From: Candidatus Micrarchaeota archaeon
GTDB lineage: Archaea > Micrarchaeota > Micrarchaeia > Anstonellales > Bilamarchaeaceae
Length of the DNA: 17,788 nt
Assembly: GCA_043812915.1 (NCBI GenBank)
Contig: JBDRLQ010000011.1
Location: 1-17,788, forward strand
Direction: 5' to 3'
The position numbers and the translations under genes were made by a program. The notes below the pieces were generated by a model. That model saw only the letters and a list, made by a program, of their open reading frames with translations. It was not told the DNA's origin and searched no databases. This document shows, piece after piece, positions 1 through 7,903 of this stretch; position 1 is the first letter of the stretch, and each line of letters begins with the position of its first letter.

Positions 1-92
1 ATAATGAACTCATAGGAATACTGAGCGAAGGGGATATCATGAGGATATTCCCGGTCGTAGTAGACCTTATCGAAGAAAGGGCCTCGATGTGA
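1..92 (+). CDS. 3' end of a CBS-domain protein (partial, runs off window start)
   Basis: Frame 3 is open from the window start: NELIGILSEGDIMRIFPVVVDLIEERASM*, stop TGA at 90-92. LIGILSEGDI matches the CBS 'h-h-G-I-h-S/T-x-x-D' motif. Not in the ORF track. Confidence 0.7.
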   Translation, partial: NELIGILSEGDIMRIFPVVVDLIEERASM

Positions 93-249
93 GGCAATGG
101 CATTCACTCTGTGCATGGATGGCCGCCGGAGCTATAAGTGATGAAGGAAAAGCCTTCCTTTACGGATGGCAGGTCAACAGTGCACAGGTGTTTTATCTCC
201 AACTCGTTCTGCAGCCCGACGCATCCTTGGATGCAGAGGGGTCGTTCAA

Positions 250-648
250 GTGGTAAGGACAACCGAAGAAGCGCAAAATACCCTGAAGAAACTTCGGAAG
301 CTGCTCAGCCATATCAAAGAGGGCTGGGTGTTCGCCGAAGGCCTGAGGGACAGGAGGGCGCTGGAGAGGCTCGGGTGCATGAATGTGCTCACAATCTCCG
401 GGAACCTCAAATCCTCGTGTGAGAAGGTCAGGGGTAAAACCGATGAGGTCATTGTGCTGACCGACCTGGACAGAAGAGGAGACGAGCTTGCCAGGAAGGC
501 GAAGGAAGAGCTGGAAGGGCTCTCCATAAGGGCCGACCTGGAGACAAGGAAGAAGCTCGCGGGCATCCTCAGGCTGAAGTATTTCGAGGAAGCCGCAAGA
601 AAATATGAGGAACTGATGGAAAAAATGAGAGAGAAAAGAATCGACTGA
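250..648 (+). CDS. Small stand-alone Toprim-domain protein (COG1658 / RNase M5-like archaeal family)
   Basis: Toprim motifs FAEGLRDRRAL (E-G-x-x-D) and VIVLTDLDRRG (DxD). Likely start is GTG 250 after a GAGGGG SD-like site rather than ATG 166 of the ORF track. Ends just upstream of dnaG. Confidence 0.8.
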   Translation: MVRTTEEAQNTLKKLRKLLSHIKEGWVFAEGLRDRRALERLGCMNVLTISGNLKSSCEKVRGKTDEVIVLTDLDRRGDELARKAKEELEGLSIRADLETRKKLAGILRLKYFEEAARKYEELMEKMREKRID

Positions 649-658
649 GGTGAATTAC

Positions 659-2041
659 ATGGCAAAGACATACATTGATACGGTAAAATATCTGGTTTAT
701 ACGAACGTGGAAATTAGCGGGCTTGTGGAGAAGCCTGACGTTGTTGGCGCTATATTCGGGCAGACAGAGGGTCTGCTAGGAGACGAGCTGGACCTGCGCG
801 ACTTGCAGAAGAACGGAAGAATAGGCAGGATAGAAGTCGACCTGCGCGGAAGCAGCGGCAAGACGATAGGCTCAATCAAGATACCGAGCAGCCTTGACAT
901 GGTGGAGACGAGCATTATCGCGGCAGCGCTTGAGACTGTTGACCGGGTCGGGCCCTGCGAAGCGCACCTGAAGGTAACCAAGATTGAGGATACCAGGAAC
1001 TCGAAGAGGAAAATCCTGGTGGACAGGGCAAAGAACCTGCTCCGGAACATGCTCAATACCGAGATACCTGAGAGCCGTGAGATTTCGGATATGGTGCGGG
1101 ACGAGGTTAAGACCGCGGAGATTTCAACCTACGGGCAGGACAGGCTACCTGCGGGCCCCGGCATTGATAGGGTCAATGAGGTCATTTTCGTTGAAGGGCG
1201 CGCGGATGTCATCAACATGCTGAAGAACGACATCAGCAACGTGGTCGCAATCGAGGGGGCAAAGGTCCCAAGGACAATCGTGACGCTCTCCAAGAAGAAA
1301 GAGGTCACAGTGTTCCTTGATGGCGACCGTGGAGGGGACATCATCCTCAACGAGCTGGCGCAGGGAGGTGTCGACATCGACTTCGTCGCAAGGGCCCCCA
1401 TCGGCATGGAGGTCGAGGAGCTCACAAGGAAGGAGATAATCAAGTGCCTCAGGAACAAGGTCCCCTATGAGCAGAGCCCGAATGGGAAGGGGAGGAGAGA
1501 CCGCCGGATAGAGCGGGATGACAGGTACAGCCCGAAGAGGCAGGAGCGCCAGAACATAATCGAGCAGAACGACAATGCCCCGGCGATGCCGCCGCCTTCA
1601 GCGCCGGTCCTGCCGCCAGAGCCAAGCCCGCAGATGCCCGAGCCAAGGCAGAGCCAGAGGCAGTTTACCAGGCCCCCGAGGCCTCTTCGGCAGCCTGTGA
1701 GATCCGTTCCTGACATGGCTGATGAAGAGCAAAAAACCGATGAGCCGCTGCCGAAAGTGAGCAAGGACCAGCTGCTTGACGAGCTTGAGGAGCTTTCCAA
1801 CAGCCTGAGGGCCAGATTCTACAACAGCAATTTCGAGAGGACCGCAGAGGTCCCGGTTCGGGATGTTATAAAGTCGCTCTCGGACAGCAGTGATGTCAAG
1901 GCCATCGTGTTCGATGGAATCATCACGCAGAGGCTTGTTGACCTTGCCGCCAAGCAGGGAATCGGCACGCTTGTCGGAATCAAGATCGGCAACGTGAACA
2001 AGACCCCCGAGGGAATCGAAATCATCACAAAGAAGAAGTAG
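659..2041 (+). CDS. dnaG: Archaeal DnaG (primase-like Toprim protein; exosome-associated RNA-binding subunit)
   Basis: Signature N-terminus GLVEKPDVVGAIFGQTEGLLGDELDLRDLQKNGRIGRI; Toprim VEGRADV and FLDGDRGG; C-terminal VFDGIITQRLVD. GAGGTG SD at 647-652 supports ATG 659 (MAKTY). Confidence 0.95.
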   Translation: MAKTYIDTVKYLVYTNVEISGLVEKPDVVGAIFGQTEGLLGDELDLRDLQKNGRIGRIEVDLRGSSGKTIGSIKIPSSLDMVETSIIAAALETVDRVGPCEAHLKVTKIEDTRNSKRKILVDRAKNLLRNMLNTEIPESREISDMVRDEVKTAEISTYGQDRLPAGPGIDRVNEVIFVEGRADVINMLKNDISNVVAIEGAKVPRTIVTLSKKKEVTVFLDGDRGGDIILNELAQGGVDIDFVARAPIGMEVEELTRKEIIKCLRNKVPYEQSPNGKGRRDRRIERDDRYSPKRQERQNIIEQNDNAPAMPPPSAPVLPPEPSPQMPEPRQSQRQFTRPPRPLRQPVRSVPDMADEEQKTDEPLPKVSKDQLLDELEELSNSLRARFYNSNFERTAEVPVRDVIKSLSDSSDVKAIVFDGIITQRLVDLAAKQGIGTLVGIKIGNVNKTPEGIEIITKKK

Positions 2042-2042
2042 A

Positions 2043-2059
2043 TTTCTTCTTTTTTTTTT
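2043..2059 (+). terminator. T-tract, probable archaeal intrinsic terminator for the toprim-dnaG transcript
   Basis: TTTCTTC followed by a long T run directly after the dnaG stop, between convergent genes. Archaeal terminators are oligo-T tracts. Confidence 0.55.
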
Positions 2060-2468
2060 ATTCCCCGATTATTTTTACCAAAACCCTCTTTTTCCTCTGG
2101 CCGTCGAACTCGCAGTAGAACACCTGCTCCCATGCCCCAAGGTCCAGCTTTCCGCCGGATATGGGCAGGACAACCTGGTGCGCCATCAGCTGCCTCCAGA
2201 TATGTGCAGCGGCATTGTCCTCCGAGACATTATGCTTGTAATCATCCCCGTAGGGGACCAGCCTCTCAAGGACGCGCAGATAATCCTGCTTCAGCCCTTC
2301 CTCGTCATCATTGACGATTACCGCCGAGGTGATGTGCATCGGGTTGACAAGCGCGAGCCCGTCTTTTACCCCCGAGTCATCTATTGCCTGCTGGACCTTG
2401 TCCGTGATTCTCACAAACTGTATCTTCTTTTCTGTTAAGAAATGCAGGTATTCTGTTTTTGTTTTCAT
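2058..2468 (-). CDS. yjbQ: YjbQ / UPF0047 family protein (secondary thiamine-phosphate synthase-like)
   Basis: From ATG 2468 ([10 protein letters not shown]...), 136 aa with family motifs [20 protein letters not shown] and [30 protein letters not shown]-like site just upstream. The 281-aa ORF-track version is an antisense extension into mtaB. Confidence 0.9.
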   Translation of the reverse strand: MKTKTEYLHFLTEKKIQFVRITDKVQQAIDDSGVKDGLALVNPMHITSAVIVNDDEEGLKQDYLRVLERLVPYGDDYKHNVSEDNAAAHIWRQLMAHQVVLPISGGKLDLGAWEQVFYCEFDGQRKKRVLVKIIGE

Positions 2469-2586
2469 AGATAACACCGCTTTTATGACAGAAACTGGTG
2501 GGGGACACTCATTATAAATATTATATGGCATACTTATACACTCGTTAAAACAAGCCCGCACCGATAACCAGCGACCAGGGAGACCG
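2469..2586. promoter_or_regulatory. Divergent yjbQ / mtaB promoter region with AT-rich TATA-like elements
   Basis: ATTATAAATATTATAT at 2511-2526 and TTAAAA at 2545-2550 in an otherwise GC-richer sequence, between divergent starts. Confidence 0.5.
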
Positions 2587-3855
2587 ATGGCTAAGATATA
2601 TCTAGAGACATACGGCTGCACGCTCAACCAGGCTGATTCTGACATCATGGCCGGAATCCTCAGCGGAAGCGGGCATGTCCTCGTTGACGAAGAGGGCAAG
2701 GCCGAAATCATAATCATCAATACATGCACTGTCAAGGGCGCCACAGAATGCAAGACCCTGGAGAAGCTCAAGCGCCTTGGTGGCGGCGGGAAGCCAGTCG
2801 TAGTGGCCGGCTGCATGACTGTGAACAGCCAGAGGATAAGGGAGGCGCTTCCTAAGGCAGTGCTTGTCTGGCCCTCAGCCATCGGGCACATAGGCAAGGC
2901 CATCCTCGCGGCAAAAAAGGGGCAGGTGCTCGATTTCAGGGAAGCTATGAAGAAGGATTACTACGTGCGCCTGTTCACAGCCCCGATTCTTCGAATCCCC
3001 ATCGGGGAAGGCTGCACAGGAAACTGCCATTTCTGCCAGACGAAGCTCGCAAGGCCAGGCCTCAAGAGCTATTCCAAGGGAACAATCCTGGAATGGATAA
3101 AGAGGGGGATCGAGCGGGGCGCGAGGGAAATCCAGCTAACGGCTATGGACTGCGGAAGCTATGGGATAGACTGTGGAAGCGACCTCATAGAGCTTCTTGA
3201 GAGCATAGTCGCGATGGACGACCACTTCAAGGTGCGCCTGGGGATGATTAACCCCGAGCACGTTGTTCGTATGAAGGATGGTATCATCAAGGCCCTCAAG
3301 AGCCCAAAGTTCTACAGGTTCCTGCACATGCCAGTTCAGAGCGGCAGCAACAAGGTTTGCCTCGAGATGAACCGAAGTCACTCCCCGGGGGACTTCGAGG
3401 AGATGGTCTCTGTTTTCAGGAACGAGATGCCGGACATCACAATCGCAACGGACATCATAGTCGGCTACCCCACCGAGACCGCGGATGACTTCGGAGAGAC
3501 CAAGGGAATGATTCTGAGGGTGAAGCCGGATATCATAAACCTCTCCAAGTTCAGCGCCAGGCCAGGCACGAAGGCCAAGGAGATGATGCAGCTTTCCAGC
3601 GAGGAAGTGAAGAAGCGGAGCGTTGAGATTTCTGAAATCATCAGGAGAACCTGCAGGGAAGGCAAGGAACGGTATGTGGGTAAGGTGATGGATATTACGA
3701 TAACAGAACATAGGAAGGACTTCACCGGAAGGACCGACAATTACAAGCAGGTCGTGGTGAATGGATTTGACGGGGAGCTTGGCGCCAGGATAAAAGTGAG
3801 GATAACAGAGGCCAGCCATTCCTCGCTGTTCGGGGAAGTGCAGGAAAATGACTAG
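2587..3855 (+). CDS. mtaB: tRNA methylthiotransferase, MiaB-like archaeal (e-MtaB) type; radical SAM
   Basis: UPF0004 N-domain cysteines ([19 protein letters not shown]); radical SAM CxxxCxxC (GCTGNCHFC); [27 protein letters not shown]-terminal TRAM-like domain ([11 protein letters not shown]). Confidence 0.9.
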   Translation: MAKIYLETYGCTLNQADSDIMAGILSGSGHVLVDEEGKAEIIIINTCTVKGATECKTLEKLKRLGGGGKPVVVAGCMTVNSQRIREALPKAVLVWPSAIGHIGKAILAAKKGQVLDFREAMKKDYYVRLFTAPILRIPIGEGCTGNCHFCQTKLARPGLKSYSKGTILEWIKRGIERGAREIQLTAMDCGSYGIDCGSDLIELLESIVAMDDHFKVRLGMINPEHVVRMKDGIIKALKSPKFYRFLHMPVQSGSNKVCLEMNRSHSPGDFEEMVSVFRNEMPDITIATDIIVGYPTETADDFGETKGMILRVKPDIINLSKFSARPGTKAKEMMQLSSEEVKKRSVEISEIIRRTCREGKERYVGKVMDITITEHRKDFTGRTDNYKQVVVNGFDGELGARIKVRITEASHSSLFGEVQEND

Positions 3856-4367
3856 CGGTAGAGCCGAAGGTCAAGCGTAGCAAGATAAGTGCCGCCGGCC
3901 GTCTGCACCGTCGCGAGCCTGCGCATAAGGACTATCTCCGTCGGCTGCTCATCCGGGGCAAAATCAACGCTTCCAATCTGGACAGAGTCGGGGCTCCATG
4001 GAGGAGGCTCCGGATATGTGACTGTCAATGTGACGTTGTACGGGGAAGCCAGCTTCTCCCTTAGCCATCCGCTGTCGGATTCGCTGCAGCGCCTTGCCAG
4101 ATCAAGCATCTCCCAGTCCACAATCCGGTCATTCCAGGATGTCGCGAACCCTATCCTCTCGATGGTGCCGCAGTCAGGGGTGAGCGAAGTGTATTCCGAA
4201 GGGGTGAAAAGAAGGTTGGATATCCTTATCGCGTTGCTCTGCACGTCGCTGTTCTGGAAGTCGAGGTAGGACCTCACCCCATGCCAGTAGCTGAGCAGCG
4301 CCATGAGTGCCAGCACAAATATAACCGAGGCGACAATCGCGTCAAAGCTGAAATACTGTCCTTTCAT
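3852..4367 (-). CDS. Type IV pilin-like protein with class III signal peptide
   Basis: MKG|QYFSFDAIVASVIFVLALMALL: basic residue, G, then a hydrophobic helix. GGTGA SD upstream. Last gene of a coupled five-gene run. Confidence 0.7.
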   Translation of the reverse strand: MKGQYFSFDAIVASVIFVLALMALLSYWHGVRSYLDFQNSDVQSNAIRISNLLFTPSEYTSLTPDCGTIERIGFATSWNDRIVDWEMLDLARRCSESDSGWLREKLASPYNVTLTVTYPEPPPWSPDSVQIGSVDFAPDEQPTEIVLMRRLATVQTAGGTYLATLDLRLYR

Positions 4368-4371
4368 ATCT

Positions 4372-4866
4372 TCACCCTCTGCTTATCGTAAGTACCCCTG
4401 CCTCGTTGGACAGGAAAATCCTGGAGCACTCCGCGCTCTCAAGATAGTGTTGCGTGGTGCCATCCAGCACACCTATGCAGTCCCCATCGGCAATGAAATG
4501 GTAGTCATATGCTGGCAGGCTGTAGGCATAGCTGAAATTGCCATAGCTTCCGGGCCATTCCATTATGATGCTGTTGGAATCCTGGGGCTGGAAATATACC
4601 CTGTAGGGAATCCCGACCTTGCCAGTTGCCGAATAAAGGGCCCTCGGGAATGTGTAGTTGTAAGTGAAGCCTTCGCCGCCCTTGACCGCAAGGGTCAGGA
4701 CGTGCACGAAGCCTTCGCCCGTTTCCCTGGCCACCGCATTCTCCCTTATGGAAATCTCGGTGGCCTGGATGTGGTTGACCATCAGGAAGGCCGCTATGAC
4801 CACGAATAGGAAGATGGTGGAATACATCATGAATTCGGTTGCCACCTGTCCCCTGCGCTCATTCAA
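4372..4866 (-). CDS. Type IV pilin-like protein, class III signal peptide with Q+1/E+5
   Basis: Probable TTG start at 4866 (MNERRG|QVATEFMMYSTIFLFVVIAAFL), overlapping the upstream stop. G|QxxxE consensus of the DUF361/class III signal type. Confidence 0.75.
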   Translation of the reverse strand: MNERRGQVATEFMMYSTIFLFVVIAAFLMVNHIQATEISIRENAVARETGEGFVHVLTLAVKGGEGFTYNYTFPRALYSATGKVGIPYRVYFQPQDSNSIIMEWPGSYGNFSYAYSLPAYDYHFIADGDCIGVLDGTTQHYLESAECSRIFLSNEAGVLTISRG

Positions 4867-5290
4867 GGATAGCCACCTGCACTTGCACTTCACCGCCGAC
4901 CTCGACCGCCTCTATCTCAACTGCCAGCAGGCCTGCAATCGGGCCGCCCCTGCTCAGGGTGTCCCCGCGCACCTGTGCGAAAATAGGTGCGGCGGCATCG
5001 AACCTTCCGCTGGAAGTGGTCAATGTGATTATCACCTCATTGTCCTCAACAACGACCTGGTCGGTGTTGGTCGGGAGGTTGAGGAGCACTACCCGCCTTG
5101 CGCCTATCCCCTGGCCATATACCAGGTTGATGGAATCGGAAAACGAGCGGGCGGTGGCCTCTGCCTGCGCCATTGAAGTATTCTCATAGCCTACTGAAGT
5201 AACTGATAGCAGCAGGAAAAGAACCGGGATTGTGAATGCGAGAACCACTCCCAGAGTTATCAGAAGCTCAATCGATGCCTGCCCCCTCAT
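4859..5290 (-). CDS. Type IV pilin-like protein, class III signal peptide with Q+1/E+5
   Basis: MRG|QASIELLITLGVVLAFTIPVLFLL followed by a helix (AEATARSFSDSINLVYGQG) typical of archaeal minor pilins. ATGA overlap with the upstream gene. Confidence 0.8.
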   Translation of the reverse strand: MRGQASIELLITLGVVLAFTIPVLFLLLSVTSVGYENTSMAQAEATARSFSDSINLVYGQGIGARRVVLLNLPTNTDQVVVEDNEVIITLTTSSGRFDAAAPIFAQVRGDTLSRGGPIAGLLAVEIEAVEVGGEVQVQVAILE

Positions 5291-6855
5291 TCCTCACACC
5301 CCTCGGCTTCCTCGCAGTAGATATCGCCTGCCCCGTAGGCTGAAACCGCATCAGCGCCCAGGGTGAATACACCGGTTGTCGGTTCGTCAGAGCAGTGCGC
5401 CCAGTTCTTGCACCCTGGCATTCCGCGCACCGCGCTTCCGGACAGCCCTGCGAAGAGCTCGCGGTCCAGCCTGCTGTGCCGGTCATAATTGTCATGGTTG
5501 GCGTATTCGCCTATAACAAATGTCTCTATCCCATATTCCGTGCTGCTCCGGTCATAGGCGTCCAGGAAAAGCCTCTGGAGGAATGATGGCGCGGACGGGC
5601 TGTGGGTGTAATAGCCGCACATGAGGAAGTCCCTCATGGACTCCACATCGAATATCCCTGAGCCGGAGGTCCCGAGCTTGGAGTCATAGTCGGTTAGCAC
5701 CTCGATTACAGGGTTTTCATTGATGAAAAGGGCGCATCTCTCATACCTTTCCGGAACCTCCCCTAGGACAGGGCAGAAAGGCGCGTCTGATATCTCGAAG
5801 CCCTCTGCCTCGATGAATGGCAGCACCGTGCACTCGCCGGCAGAGCAGTCCTTTGTGACGTCCGTGCATGCTGCGCCCTCGTGCCTAACCGGGTTGTATG
5901 CGTCCTCCTGGTTCTCGAAGCCGTCTGCGCCGCAGACATCGGCAACTCCGGGCGCACTGGTCACTATGTAGCCGCCGAATGCCTCATCCGGGTCGGCAGC
6001 TACCAGGTCATCGAAATCCCCGACCAATATATACTGGCCCCGCTTGTCCTCATCTATCGATGATGCCCTGGAGGCTGAGACGAGGAACCCATAGAGCCAT
6101 CCCATCCCGCCATGGACAGTGTATCCTGAAATCCTGTCCGGCTGCATGTCGGCAGGCTCGCGGTAGTCCCCCCCTGGGGCGAAGTAGAATCTCCTGTATG
6201 CCACCTGGTCGCCTCCGGTCACCATTGAGCTTCCGCGCACAATGGCAGGGTCGACAAGGCCGCTGATGTTGAGCTCATCCTCAATGAAGTATTCCCTGGA
6301 AACCTTGGTCCGGCCTCCAGTATCCCTCATGGACAGGCGCATCCGGTATGTGTAGCGGATTCTGTCTATCGCGCTCTGCTCCAGGGTGAAATCATAAATC
6401 TCGAACTCATCAATGTAAATGCCGATTGCCAGCAGGGAGACGTTCAAATTCGTGACCCACGAGGTCATGGAAGAGTTCTCTGCTGAAATGCCTGTTGAAT
6501 AGGTGAAATAGTGCGGGTCGGCTGAGCCGTTTATAAGGAGCTCGTTCATGGCGCCCCTGGCATTGTCAAACTCGGTGGCATCATCAACACCGGCAATGAC
6601 AGGGTCTGCCATCGCATGCTCGTTGAGATTGTAGAGAGAGCGCTCCATAATCAGGTGAGAGAGGTTGCCGACTTTCTCGGGGGCAATCTGCTCTATCGCA
6701 AGTTCCACTGTCGATTCCCTGTAGAACTCGGCGTATATCCTCTCAGAAGACTCGATTGCCTTCACCCAGACCGATATCGAGAGAAGGATGTAACTGAGTA
6801 TCAGGAAGACCGTCACAACGAACAAAAACCCTTTCTTGCCCTTCAATACATTCAC
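5287..6855 (-). CDS. Large (522 aa) class III signal peptide protein; putative pilus-associated adhesin or tip protein
   Basis: KKG|FLFVVTVFLILSYILLSISVW N-terminus, acidic extracellular-type body, Cys-rich C-terminal half, no C-terminal TM anchor. GTG start one base after the upstream stop. Confidence 0.65.
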   Translation of the reverse strand: MNVLKGKKGFLFVVTVFLILSYILLSISVWVKAIESSERIYAEFYRESTVELAIEQIAPEKVGNLSHLIMERSLYNLNEHAMADPVIAGVDDATEFDNARGAMNELLINGSADPHYFTYSTGISAENSSMTSWVTNLNVSLLAIGIYIDEFEIYDFTLEQSAIDRIRYTYRMRLSMRDTGGRTKVSREYFIEDELNISGLVDPAIVRGSSMVTGGDQVAYRRFYFAPGGDYREPADMQPDRISGYTVHGGMGWLYGFLVSASRASSIDEDKRGQYILVGDFDDLVAADPDEAFGGYIVTSAPGVADVCGADGFENQEDAYNPVRHEGAACTDVTKDCSAGECTVLPFIEAEGFEISDAPFCPVLGEVPERYERCALFINENPVIEVLTDYDSKLGTSGSGIFDVESMRDFLMCGYYTHSPSAPSFLQRLFLDAYDRSSTEYGIETFVIGEYANHDNYDRHSRLDRELFAGLSGSAVRGMPGCKNWAHCSDEPTTGVFTLGADAVSAYGAGDIYCEEAEGCEE

Positions 6856-6856
6856 C

Positions 6857-7474
6857 TTATATGAAAACCGTCACCCTCACCAAAGAGGTCACTACCTCCG
6901 GAACCAGCTCCTCAAGAGCGGACGGGTCCGTGTTCGGCGAGGTGTCGCACGTAAGTATTATGCCGCCTGTTTCCGGATCCCCGCAGCTGCGGTACCAGTA
7001 TGGGGACTCCGCGTCCTTTCCGACCAGGGCGTTATATCCGAAAGTAATCATCTGTGAGGAGACTATCAGCTTCTTTCCCTGCCCTGCGTGCCCGTCACCT
7101 GGATAGGCCTTGGTATCGTAGAGCATGCTCCAGTGCTCCCCCTCATCATCGCTGACCTCGAATGAGTAGCCGAACTGAGGGGGAATCATCTCACCCATAG
7201 TATCCCTTATCCTGTCCCTTTTCTCAGCCTCGCTCATCTGGGCCGAGACCAGGTTGTCAAGCAACGAGCCGGTGACCGGGCAGTCACCATAAACGCTCTC
7301 CTCGCACTCGGTCGTCGCCATGGAAACCAGAACGTCCCTGGCAAGGAAATGCCCCTGCGTGAGCAGGTAATAATACGACGAGGGCACGCTGGAGAAGAAT
7401 ATCAGTGAGTATATGGCTATAAGGGCCAAGGTAAAAGCTACGAATGCGTCAAGCGAAAATATGAATGCCCTCAT
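6857..7474 (-). CDS. Type IV pilin-like protein with class III signal peptide (RA|FIFSLDA type)
   Basis: MRA|FIFSLDAFVAFTLALIAIYSLIFF. Start at 7474 fits the TATA spacing; alternative ATG at 7483. Confidence 0.7.
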   Translation of the reverse strand: MRAFIFSLDAFVAFTLALIAIYSLIFFSSVPSSYYYLLTQGHFLARDVLVSMATTECEESVYGDCPVTGSLLDNLVSAQMSEAEKRDRIRDTMGEMIPPQFGYSFEVSDDEGEHWSMLYDTKAYPGDGHAGQGKKLIVSSQMITFGYNALVGKDAESPYWYRSCGDPETGGIILTCDTSPNTDPSALEELVPEVVTSLVRVTVFI

Positions 7475-7498
7475 AGATATCATTTTTAGGTCATATTA

Positions 7499-7506
7499 TT
7501 TATAAA
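7499..7506 (-). promoter_or_regulatory. TATA box (TTTATAAA) for the pilin-like operon
   Basis: TTTATAAA lies about 25 nt upstream of ATG 7474 in an AT-rich gap, the spacing expected for a leaderless archaeal transcript. Confidence 0.55.
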
Positions 7507-7524
7507 GGATTGGTTAGTCGCAAT

Positions 7525-7899
7525 TTATCGTGTTTCGCAACTTTCATTGCATGAAGAGGGCGAACCGGGGGGCATCACGCATTCACCGAAGCCGGTCCCG
7601 CAGGAATCGCATACCCGGTAGCCAGGAGAGCATCCGGGCCCCTGGCACCCGTACAGTTTCCCTGGCTCGCAGACAGTCTCAAGAACGCACCTGCCCCAGC
7701 TCCCATTCATGCACTGCCTTGTGCCATCGCAGCCGCCCTTGACGCAATCCTCCATCTGGCTGCCAGCGCATTCCGGGGGCTTTTCCGGCTTCTCTTCAGG
7801 AGGCCCTGGCACCGGATTCCAGGTGAAAGTGATTACAAGCGCCGCTGTGAGCACCAGGAAGAGAAAGAAAAGAAGGGCGAACGGCTTTCCGAAATCCAC
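7525..7899 (-). CDS. Small membrane-anchored Cys-rich extracellular protein (hypothetical)
   Basis: N-terminal TM helix (FALLFFLFLVLTAALVITF), Pro/Glu linker, 13 Cys mostly in two similar repeats. GTG start 4 nt after the sppA stop. Confidence 0.65.
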   Translation of the reverse strand: MDFGKPFALLFFLFLVLTAALVITFTWNPVPGPPEEKPEKPPECAGSQMEDCVKGGCDGTRQCMNGSWGRCVLETVCEPGKLYGCQGPGCSPGYRVCDSCGTGFGECVMPPGSPSSCNESCETR

Positions 7900-7903
7900 A
7901 ATA

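Noticed and set aside
138..220. Possible box C/D sRNA (GTGATGA at 138-144), attractive given the Rnl3 ligase in the window
   Set aside because: No CTGA D box at the expected 45-60 nt distance; the nearest is at about 283, inside the Toprim gene.
138..422. 94-aa ORF in frame 3 overlapping the Toprim gene
   Set aside because: Overlaps a clearly recognisable CDS in another frame and has no recognisable motif.
2469..2903. N-terminal extension making YjbQ a 281-aa fusion protein
   Set aside because: The extension crosses the AT-rich promoter and is antisense to mtaB; family similarity and an SD-like site begin at ATG 2468.
3136..3819. 227-aa antisense ORF within mtaB, and similar shadow ORFs such as 16409-17047, 4303-4809, 7956-8414 and 9679-10095
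   Set aside because: All lie opposite well-supported genes and have the composition typical of antisense shadows; no motifs.
4867..4893. MKCKCRWLS N-terminal extension of the 4372-4893 ORF
   Set aside because: It lies inside the upstream gene; TTG 4866 gives a normal short class III leader coupled to the upstream stop.
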